Assembly (NCBI GenBank): GCA_007124045.1 | Contig: SLFX01000088.1 | Location: forward strand, 1 to 46,374 | Source of the DNA: Candidatus Delongbacteria bacterium | GTDB taxonomy: Bacteria > UBA4055 | Reading direction: 5' to 3' | DNA length: 46,374 nucleotides | Shown here: positions 19,537 to 26,294 of the stretch, in pieces | Numbering within the stretch: the stretch's first letter is position 1 | Layout of the letters: each line of letters opens with the position of its first letter | The notes under the pieces: model-generated | What the model saw: the letters and a program-made list of their open reading frames with translations, nothing else | Told to the model about the DNA's origin: nothing | The model's database searches: none | Translations under genes and position numbers: made by a program

Positions 19537-20265
19537 ATGAAACTTGATGAAATTAAAAAACTCAGAGGATCGGATTTCGATGTCCTCGTAAAATTTCTGA
19601 GCATGAGCGTAACAACCGGAGAAGGCGTGCTTGCAGAGTTCGCGAAACTTAAAAACGCGATAAGGCTCGGAAGCGGACTGAGCCAGTTCGTCTATGTGCC
19701 CGGCACAAGAGATGACAGGGTAGTGCTCGTTGCGCACGCCGACACAGTATGGGACTCATATATGCACTATAGAGATCATGAAACAGGAATGGGTGCGGAC
19801 GACCGGGCGGGCTGTGCGATAGTGTGGCTGCTCAAAGACACCGGCCACTCTCTGCTGATCCTGAACGGTGAGGAAAGCGGTATGCGCGGCGCAAAGTACC
19901 TGAAAAATGAACACGAACACCTATTCGATAAGATAAACCGCCACAGATTTATGATAGAGTACGACAGGAGAGGAAGCAGGGACTTCAAATGCTACGGTGT
20001 CGGTACAGATGAATTCAGGAAGTATGTTGCCGAAAATATGCCAGGCTACACAGAACCCGACAGATACTCAGCCACCGACATCTGCGAACTCTGCGAAAGG
20101 ATATGCGGAGTGAACCTGAGCGTCGGGTACACTAACGAACATACATGCAATGAAGAACTTGACATAGAAGACTGGGCAAATACGCTCAATATGACAAGAG
20201 TATGGCTGAAAAATAAAATGCCCGAATTTTTACTCCGCCGTTATGTGGCGCAGTCAATGTGTTAA
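19537..20265 (+). CDS. M28-like Zn-dependent peptidase/amidohydrolase
   Basis: VAHADTV, GADDRAG, GEE, EYDRRG, SATD and NLSVGYTNEH metal-ligand pattern. Start reassigned to ATG 19537 after AAGGAG. Confidence 0.8.
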   Translation: MKLDEIKKLRGSDFDVLVKFLSMSVTTGEGVLAEFAKLKNAIRLGSGLSQFVYVPGTRDDRVVLVAHADTVWDSYMHYRDHETGMGADDRAGCAIVWLLKDTGHSLLILNGEESGMRGAKYLKNEHEHLFDKINRHRFMIEYDRRGSRDFKCYGVGTDEFRKYVAENMPGYTEPDRYSATDICELCERICGVNLSVGYTNEHTCNEELDIEDWANTLNMTRVWLKNKMPEFLLRRYVAQSMC

Positions 20266-20268
20266 ATT
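20224..20268 (+). promoter_or_regulatory. Island promoter element copy 2: CGCCGTTATGTGGCG + TG-n-TAAATT
   Basis: Palindrome at 20236-20250 and TAAATT at 20263-20268, again 13 nt after TGGC. Overlaps the last codons of the peptidase and precedes ATG 20324. Confidence 0.75.
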
Positions 20269-20323
20269 ACCGGTGTGAAAAATAAAAGAGCCCGAAACAA
20301 TAACTACAAAAAGGAGAAAAAGA

Positions 20324-21085
20324 ATGAAAGAGAATTTTATAATACCGCAAAACATACTCGAACATATAGAAGGCACGAGCCTGTACTACCCCTGTAGCTT
20401 GAGAGATACCCTCAGTGCAGTAAAACTTTTCGCCCCGTACATAAACGATTTCCTCTTCGTAGATAAGTGTTATTTTTCAGGATATTCGCTTTTGAAGATA
20501 CCCACGCCGAAAGAATTGCCGGGCTACAGGCTGATATCAAGAAGAAGAAAAGGCCCTGTCAGAGCCGAAATGACAGAAAAATACGATGAAGTAAAAAAAG
20601 AATACTATTTGGACCTCGAACCCTGCATCGTAACCGAAACATACATCCACGAACAGACAGGCAAAACAATAAAATTCAGGCTGAAAAGAGGATTTGGAGA
20701 GTACACATTAAGAAACAGCGAAAACAAATATGGAGTGTTCTATTACAGAGGCGATACCGTAAATGAAGGCGGAAGCGGGATAACATGGCTGAATAAAAAG
20801 AGGCTGAGCAATATATGCAGTAAACTCATAGACGGCGGACTGATCGTAACTGACGGCTCGAACAGGGGAAGAAGGAAGGATAAGCATAATCAGTTCTGGA
20901 AATACCACTTCCCGAGAAAGAACGACATCTTACCCAATCCGGAGGAGATGATATCATCAATGGAGCCTTTTAAAGACAAAGCCGGAAGAACATTCACCTG
21001 CGTAGGATATGCGGGCGAGAGATATGGGCCTACATTCATCTGGCAGGTCTTTCAGGAAAGAAAGGAAGACGAGGTAAAAAAATAA
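20324..21085 (+). CDS. Hypothetical protein (possible SAM-dependent methyltransferase-like fold)
   Basis: AAGGAG RBS. LYYPCSLRD, FLFVD, VFYYRGD..EGGSG and LIDGGLIVTDG are reminiscent of Rossmann MTase strands. The fold call is weak. Confidence 0.6.
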   Translation: MKENFIIPQNILEHIEGTSLYYPCSLRDTLSAVKLFAPYINDFLFVDKCYFSGYSLLKIPTPKELPGYRLISRRRKGPVRAEMTEKYDEVKKEYYLDLEPCIVTETYIHEQTGKTIKFRLKRGFGEYTLRNSENKYGVFYYRGDTVNEGGSGITWLNKKRLSNICSKLIDGGLIVTDGSNRGRRKDKHNQFWKYHFPRKNDILPNPEEMISSMEPFKDKAGRTFTCVGYAGERYGPTFIWQVFQERKEDEVKK

Positions 21086-21097
21086 AGAAAAAGCAGC

Positions 21098-21126
21098 TTG
21101 ATTAATGTCATAACGGGGGTTAAATT
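21098..21126 (+). promoter_or_regulatory. Putative sigma70 promoter
   Basis: TTGATT at 21098-21103, 17 nt, TAAATT at 21121-21126, upstream of ATG 21157. Confidence 0.45.
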
Positions 21127-21156
21127 CAGGGATAGAATTAGTTTTTTATAAGCAAA

Positions 21157-21534
21157 ATGATAAAGCAGGAGAATAAAACGGGAATATCCTTTGAGGCTAA
21201 ATCATTCTTTACTATAACTTTCTATCGTGTTGACGCAAATGTTTACACAAATGTTGACGCAAAATCTGAAAACAGGCACAAAACAGGAGCAGATGTTGAC
21301 GCAAATGTTGACGCAAAATCTGAAATCCGACGCAAATCCGACGCAAATCCGATGCAAAGGAAACAGTGGATTTTAGAATATTTAAAAGAAAACAGCAAAA
21401 TCACACGGAAAATTCTTTGCGATAAATTCAGTTTAAGCAAGGAATCAGCTAGCAGAGATTTAAGAAAATTGATCGCAGACGATAAGATCGTAAAAAAAGG
21501 CGGCGGAAATAATGTCTGGTACGAATTTAAATAG
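21157..21534 (+). pseudogene. Internally deleted AlbA_2/HATPase_c_4/HTH ('RecG-like') regulator, retaining only repeat linker + C-terminal wHTH
   Basis: FFTITFYR, then a low-complexity VDAN linker, then RKQWILEYLKENSKITRK...SASRDLRKL...KKGGG..WY. This is the typical C-terminus of these normally much longer proteins. Confidence 0.6.
21229..21358 (+). repeat. Imperfect 12-bp tandem repeats (GTTGACGCAAAT / CCGACGCAAAT variants) in a coding linker
   Basis: gttgacgcaaat occurs repeatedly, atgttgacgcaaaatctgaaa twice, and aaatccgacgc twice plus a variant. Confidence 0.85.
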
Positions 21535-21728
21535 CCTATGAGAAAACATTACACTCTAAACGAGCATAAGTTTCTTTACAACATTGAGAACATCCCGGGT
21601 AAGTTGGGATGGGACGAAGACGGTAATGTCGGTATTCCCCGCGCAGCTTTTTAAACAAATAAAAAAATTCGTACTGCAAAATAACAGAAAAAGAAGAAGA
21701 AAAAGAATATTTAAGACCGGTTCGCGAA

Positions 21729-21933
21729 ATGATCATAAAATAACTTTGATTTTGTATCAAAAAAGGACAGAGAGTATTGGAAAAGTCTTACTCCTGAGCA
21801 GAGGCTTGATATTGTTGAACAGTTAAGAATTGAAGCGGGTAAATTTTTATATGAATATCCAGTAAGAATGAAGAAAGTCATCTCTGTGAGGAATATTCAC
21901 GATAAAGCCGACGCTGAGTCATTAAGAAAATAA
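21729..21933 (+). pseudogene. Frameshifted relic of a small-protein/nucleotidyltransferase pair
   Basis: Startless frame 21739-21933 reads ...DREYWKSLTPEQRLDIVEQLR...EYPVRMKKVISVRNIHDKADAESLRK, the same type as the 24299 protein. ATG 21729 is out of frame. Confidence 0.55.
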
Positions 21934-21948
21934 TTCCTATTAAAATAT

Positions 21949-22000
21949 AAAATATTTTTTCTCACAACGCCGTTATGTGGCATAGTAGTATTGTTATATT
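21949..22000 (+). promoter_or_regulatory. Island promoter element copy 3: CGCCGTTATGTGGCA + TG-n-TATATT
   Basis: Core at 21968-21981 and TATATT at 21995-22000 (13-nt spacer). Precedes ATG 22032. Confidence 0.75.
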
Positions 22001-22031
22001 ACCAGCGTAAATCTAAAAGCGTGAGGTTATA

Positions 22032-22592
22032 ATGTTTAAATCTGAGCTGAAAACACTGATGAACGAAAAGATCGCATCTTTCGGATATTCTTATGAAGAT
22101 ATCGCGTCAACTGCCGGTTATTCCGGATCGTCACTGAATGAAGCCGCTCAAAGGATCGAAAGAACGCTCGGTCACACTCTTTTAACTATGGACAGTGCGG
22201 GGTATGACTACAAATACACCACCGAAGAACTCATAAGAACGATATGCAGCATTCTCAAGATCGAAAAAGAAGCCGTTGATGACGGGATAAGCAAATTAAA
22301 GGCAGAGGCGGAGAGGCTGAGAAAGAGATTTCATGGTTATGTAAGAATAATCAGCACTAATGAAGTCAGGCCGTCAGGGTGGGCTTCAGCTATGGGTCAT
22401 TTTGCTAAAACAACTTTAAAGCTGCCGGTCGAACTGACAGACAATGAGCACAGGGTCAGAATGCATAAGGTCAGAGAGATCTGTATGGATCATTATAAGA
22501 AATCGGGAGGATCGCTTGGAGGAAAATACGGTAAGATAAAGTATTACAGATATTATTATGCCGAAAATGATTTCGAAGATATTAAGCCGTAA
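22032..22592 (+). CDS. Hypothetical protein with possible N-terminal HTH-like region
   Basis: GAGG RBS and a 186-aa ORF. GYSYEDIASTAGY resembles an HTH start. No function recognised. Confidence 0.7.
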   Translation: MFKSELKTLMNEKIASFGYSYEDIASTAGYSGSSLNEAAQRIERTLGHTLLTMDSAGYDYKYTTEELIRTICSILKIEKEAVDDGISKLKAEAERLRKRFHGYVRIISTNEVRPSGWASAMGHFAKTTLKLPVELTDNEHRVRMHKVREICMDHYKKSGGSLGGKYGKIKYYRYYYAENDFEDIKP

Positions 22593-22626
22593 AAAAAACT
22601 GACAAATTCGTCTCTTGACAGGCAGA

Positions 22627-22659
22627 ATATTTAGCAGCTGTTTTGCAGAAATTATCCGA
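22627..22659 (+). repeat. 33-bp direct repeat copy A (relic of doc 3' end)
   Basis: ATATTTAGCAGCTGTTTTGCAGAAATTATCCGA, with 1 mismatch to 25324-25356. Confidence 0.9.
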
Positions 22660-22663
22660 GTAG

Positions 22664-22716
22664 TGTAAGAAATATATTACAAAAACATTGACAAAAATAT
22701 ATTACATTCGTATATT
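22664..22716 (+). promoter_or_regulatory. Sigma70 promoter with two 18-bp operator-like sites
   Basis: TTGACA at 22688-22693, 17 nt, TATATT at 22711-22716. TGTAAGAAATATATTACA at 22664-22681 and TGACAAAAATATATTACA at 22689-22706. Confidence 0.75.
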
Positions 22717-22746
22717 GCAAGCAGAATAATTTCGGAGGCAAAGATC

Positions 22747-23598
22747 ATGGCCATGAACGAATATATTAAGAAAATGAGAGAGAAAAGAGGCTTAACTCAG
22801 GATCGGACGGCTGGATATCTAGGTTGTTCGCGTCAGACATATACTCAGATCGAGAATGGCAAAAGAGATATAACTCTGACAGAGATAAAAAAGCTCTCGG
22901 AATTGTTCGAAATACCATTTGCCAGATTTGTTAATGAAAGCGAAGCTGATATATATAGCATCGAATATGAGCCTCAGGTAAAGCCACAGCCCTCAGGTGA
23001 GATCAAAGTTCGTGTTCCTCAGAACAGAGTTGACAAATTCAGAGAAGTTTTACTTTATATCCTTTCCAAGGCGGGTGCAAAACCAAATATCGGTGAGACC
23101 GTATTATATAAGTTACTGTATTTTATTGATTTCGATTACTATGAGAAGTACGGTGAGAAGCTGATCGGTGCTGATTATATAAAAAATCATTTCGGCCCCA
23201 CACCTGTGATGTTTAAAAAAGTAACCGAAGTGATGATAGCAGATAATGAGCTTGAAGTGATAGAAAAGTCGTATTACGATTTCAATCAGAAAAAATATCT
23301 TCCCAGAAGGGAGGCTGATCTGAACAGGATCACCGCGAGGGAGATTAAACATATTGATGAGGTACTTGAAAGACTGAGCGATAAAAATGCCAAAGAATTG
23401 AGCGATCTGTCGCATAAAGATGTTCCATGGATCATAGCGAAAGAAGGAGAAAAGATAGATTACAAAACTGTATTATACAGAAAACCTGAAGAGCGTATGG
23501 CTATTGCCGCAAAAGCGCTCTATGCGGATTATTGTACAGACGAAGAGCTCACGGCTTTTTCCGGTCTTGATATGGAGGATTTTTATGAGGCAAGGTGA
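22747..23598 (+). CDS. XRE-HTH + Panacea/SocA (DUF4065) antitoxin with extra acidic C-terminal tail
   Basis: RGLTQ...SRQTYTQIENGKR HTH, then LYKLLYFIDF, HFGPTP and LSDLSHKDVPW Panacea motifs. Confidence 0.88.
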   Translation: MAMNEYIKKMREKRGLTQDRTAGYLGCSRQTYTQIENGKRDITLTEIKKLSELFEIPFARFVNESEADIYSIEYEPQVKPQPSGEIKVRVPQNRVDKFREVLLYILSKAGAKPNIGETVLYKLLYFIDFDYYEKYGEKLIGADYIKNHFGPTPVMFKKVTEVMIADNELEVIEKSYYDFNQKKYLPRREADLNRITAREIKHIDEVLERLSDKNAKELSDLSHKDVPWIIAKEGEKIDYKTVLYRKPEERMAIAAKALYADYCTDEELTAFSGLDMEDFYEAR

Positions 23599-23929
23599 GA
23601 TATGGCTTATAAATCTTGATCCTTCTATAGGTTCTGAGATCAAAAAGACAAGACCGGCAGTAGTTGTAAATAATGATTCCACAGGAAAATTGCCGCTTAA
23701 GATAATCGTTCCTCTGACTGAATGGAAAGATCATTTTAGTATAGCCCCCTGGATGGTTAAGGTCGAAGCCGACTCGGAGACAAAACTCTCTAAGAATTCA
23801 TCTGCAGATTGTTTTCAGATACGGTGCGTTTCAGATAAGAGGTTCGTTAAGAAGCTGGGTGAAGTCCCTGCACATGTTAGAAGCGATATTCAGTCTGCAT
23901 TATCCGAAATTTTATCAATAAAACATTAA
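23585..23929 (+). CDS. PemK/MazF family endoribonuclease toxin
   Basis: MRQGEIWLINLDPSIGSEIKKTRPAVVV, IVPLT and QIRCVS. Start reassigned to ATG 23585 after GGAGGA, overlapping the antitoxin stop. Confidence 0.95.
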   Translation: MRQGEIWLINLDPSIGSEIKKTRPAVVVNNDSTGKLPLKIIVPLTEWKDHFSIAPWMVKVEADSETKLSKNSSADCFQIRCVSDKRFVKKLGEVPAHVRSDIQSALSEILSIKH

Positions 23930-23976
23930 ATATTTTTTGACTCCGCCATTATGTGGCATTGTAGTATTGTTATATT
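23928..23976 (+). promoter_or_regulatory. Island promoter element copy 4: CGCCATTATGTGGCA + TG-n-TATATT
   Basis: Core at 23944-23957 and TATATT at 23971-23976 (13-nt spacer). 46/51 nt identical to copy 3 over 23944-23994 vs 21968-22018. Confidence 0.75.
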
Positions 23977-23992
23977 ACCCGTGTAAACCTAA

Positions 23993-24235
23993 AAAAAAGA
24001 GGAGGGTACGGCGGCAGTTTCGCTTGTTCTCTTCAATACGGATTACGAAATGCCTGTCAGCAACCTGGAAATATCGCAGGTAGAACCGCTGACTAAAAAG
24101 ACCTTTGTGCCTTCGGGCTGTACTGCTCTTTTTGATGCCGTCGGGAAAACCATCAACGAAGTAGCTGTTACCAATGCTAAGTCGAAAAAGAAGAAGAAAA
24201 AATGTTTATTAACTCCGGGAAATGTAATATATTGA
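23993..24235 (+). pseudogene. Internal fragment of a VWA-domain protein
   Basis: Frame reads EEGTAAVSLVLFNTDYE...FVPSGCTALFDAVGKTI, the central VWA strand plus the GxTAL.DA motif. Lacks the N-terminal DxSxS and the TDG strand. Confidence 0.7.
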
Positions 24236-24298
24236 ATTAGTTGTTAGGATTAATTGATAAAATTTCGTATATTACACCGATATTATTGAAGGAGTTCC

Positions 24299-24496
24299 AT
24301 GCGTAAGATCGAAGAAAAATACCACAAATTAACCGACGATCATTCTGATTTCGATATTGAATTCTGGCAGTCTCAGGGAGCGGAGGCAATATTCAAGGCA
24401 GCGGAAGATATGATAAAAGATTATTACATTATCAGAGGAAAAGATGTTAACAAGCTCAGACTTCAAAGATCTGTTGAGGCTTTTAGAAAAGCATAA
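24299..24496 (+). CDS. Small protein partnered with a nucleotidyltransferase (putative TA component)
   Basis: AAGGAG RBS and DIEFWQSQ...RLQRSV pattern. Overlaps the start of the downstream NTase. Confidence 0.7.
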   Translation: MRKIEEKYHKLTDDHSDFDIEFWQSQGAEAIFKAAEDMIKDYYIIRGKDVNKLRLQRSVEAFRKA

Positions 24497-24974
24497 TGCA
24501 AGGTATATGGTTATCGGCGGCTATGCCGTAATGAAGTACAGCGAGCCCCGTTATACAAAAGACCTCGATCTTCTTATCTCAACCGATAATGAAAATGCCG
24601 AGGCTGTCTTCAACGCGCTGAAAGAATTCGGTGCGCCTTTAGAAAATCTAACGGCTGATGATTTTACTAATAAAGACTATTTTTACCAGATGGGTAGGGC
24701 TCCTCTCAGGATAGATGTTCTTATGTCCGCGGCCGGGGTTGAATTTGAACAGGCATGGAAAAACCGCGCGGAAGTTAATATCGAAGATTGTAAAGTGTAT
24801 TTTATTTCTTTGACCGATCTTATAGCTTCAAAGGAAGCCAGCGGCAGACCGCAGGATATTATTGATGCCAAGAAGCTCCGGAAGGCTTTAGAGAAAAGGG
24901 AAGAAAGGCTCAAAAAGTCGCTGGAATTCGTTAACAGGCATCATGCAAAAACACTCAAGAAGCTTTCAGAATGA
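24444..24974 (+). CDS. Nucleotidyltransferase (DUF6036 / AbiEii-like superfamily) with C-terminal extension
   Basis: VIGGYAV, PRYTKDLDL, RIDVL and KEASGRPQDIID. Confidence 0.88.
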   Translation: MLTSSDFKDLLRLLEKHNARYMVIGGYAVMKYSEPRYTKDLDLLISTDNENAEAVFNALKEFGAPLENLTADDFTNKDYFYQMGRAPLRIDVLMSAAGVEFEQAWKNRAEVNIEDCKVYFISLTDLIASKEASGRPQDIIDAKKLRKALEKREERLKKSLEFVNRHHAKTLKKLSE

Positions 24975-25363
24975 CAAATGAGATCATTTTCCTTACGCTT
25001 GCTGAAGCAGTAGAGATCCATGCTGACCAGATCATCAGGTACGGAGGCGAGTCAGGCATTATTGATATCAGGCTTCTCAGTTCAGCTTTATATATGCCGG
25101 AAGCAACTTTCGATGGTGATTACCTTCATAAAGATATCTATGAAATGGCAGCCGCATATATCTATCATATCTGTCAGAATCATCCATTTGTTGACGGAAA
25201 TAAAAGAACAGCACTCGCGGCAGGTCTTGTATTCTTATACTTCAACGGTAAACCGCTGACAGATCCTGACGAACTTCTCTATGATGCAGTAATGAAAACT
25301 GCATCCGGCAACGCTGACAAATCATATTTAGCAGCTGTTTTGCGGAAATTATCCGAAGAATAA
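24971..25363 (+). CDS. doc: Doc (death-on-curing) Fic-family toxin
   Basis: IHADQIIRYGG and the Doc motif NHPFVDGNKRTA. ATGA overlap with the upstream gene. Confidence 0.93.
   Translation: MTNEIIFLTLAEAVEIHADQIIRYGGESGIIDIRLLSSALYMPEATFDGDYLHKDIYEMAAAYIYHICQNHPFVDGNKRTALAAGLVFLYFNGKPLTDPDELLYDAVMKTASGNADKSYLAAVLRKLSEE
25324..25356 (+). repeat. 33-bp direct repeat copy B (3' end of doc)
   Basis: ATATTTAGCAGCTGTTTTGCGGAAATTATCCGA. Confidence 0.9.
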
Positions 25364-25422
25364 ATTAGACTTGGTTTATATGCATCCTATCCCTCATATT
25401 CTGCATTTCGAATGAGTATATC

Positions 25423-26157
25423 TTAGAAAGTAAAAATAAACCCGAGAACTGCGTAATTTATCAGCGAAAAGGTATAGACCTCGTCGTTGTCCGCGCCGCC
25501 TTCGAGTATTCTGTATCCGGCTTTCAAAAGAAGGTTGTTATTGTAGTTCCAGGTCAGTGCTCCAAGCACATCTTCGGCGCGTCCCTGAGGAGCGGCGAGC
25601 GCATCGCCTTCTATTAGCAGTCCGAAAAGTTCGTTGTATCGGTAAAAGAAACGGAAGTTGATTATCGGCACAAAACCAATGTTGGATTTGCCCGCCGAAT
25701 CCCCGTCGCTTTTCAGCAGTATCTCCGCATCCCTTATTTTGGCGGTAAGTCCGATACCGAACTCATAATTATCGTTACGGATCCATTCATACCGGTAAGT
25801 AAGTCTGTACGAATTGAAAGTGTAGGTAGCATCAACATCGGTTCCGTAGGGAAAATATGCATCTCTGTATGTAACACTTTTCTTGAATCTGCCGGATGAA
25901 TTTATGGTGAGCGGTGCGTAAAGCAGCGACAGGAAGTGTTTTTCATTGTGGGTATAGTTGAGTCTGATCCTGTAAAAATAAGACAGGTCATCCTCAAGCT
26001 CGTTGGTCAGAGAGAATCTTGTGCCCGTATCTCCGGGTATTCTGATGTTGTTGTAAGTCGTTCCGACTATCCCGTTCTCCGCGTCAACAGAAAACTGCGC
26101 AAAGAGATTTTGTGCGCATATAATTGCCAGAATAAGCACGGCCGTAATGTGTTTCAT
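25423..26157 (-). CDS. Outer-membrane beta-barrel protein
   Basis: Signal peptide MKHITAVLILAIICAQNLFA, alternating beta strands, and C-terminal aromatic ...GFIFTF. Start reassigned to 26157 after GGAGAA. Confidence 0.75.
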   Translation of the reverse strand: MKHITAVLILAIICAQNLFAQFSVDAENGIVGTTYNNIRIPGDTGTRFSLTNELEDDLSYFYRIRLNYTHNEKHFLSLLYAPLTINSSGRFKKSVTYRDAYFPYGTDVDATYTFNSYRLTYRYEWIRNDNYEFGIGLTAKIRDAEILLKSDGDSAGKSNIGFVPIINFRFFYRYNELFGLLIEGDALAAPQGRAEDVLGALTWNYNNNLLLKAGYRILEGGADNDEVYTFSLINYAVLGFIFTF

Positions 26158-26294
26158 GTCTTCTCCCGTTTGTTTTAGGAGCAAATTACAAATTAGTTCA
26201 GGCTTTGACAAGGGTTTTTTGATTATTATTTTGTTTGAAAAATGCATCTTTTGGGCTATATTCCTGCTTCAAAAGCGAAAAAGAGGTATAAATA

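Noticed and set aside
21229-21358. Tandem repeats as CRISPR or iterons
   Set aside because: They are 12-bp in-frame units without unique spacers, encoding a low-complexity protein linker.
21538-21826. Short ORFs 21538-21654 (38 aa) and 21584-21826 (80 aa)
   Set aside because: No clear RBS or recognisable family. Probably debris in a decayed region.
19007-23957. Four-copy repeat as a CRISPR array or integron attC sites
   Set aside because: Spacing is 1.2-2.0 kb with whole genes between copies and no cas genes. There are no RYYYAAC/GTTRRRY ends or long attC hairpin, and no integrase in the window. The fixed distance to a -10 box favours a promoter element.
17000-25420. Island as prophage, IS or ICE
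   Set aside because: No integrase, transposase, phage structural or conjugation genes, and no flanking tRNA or att duplication recognised.
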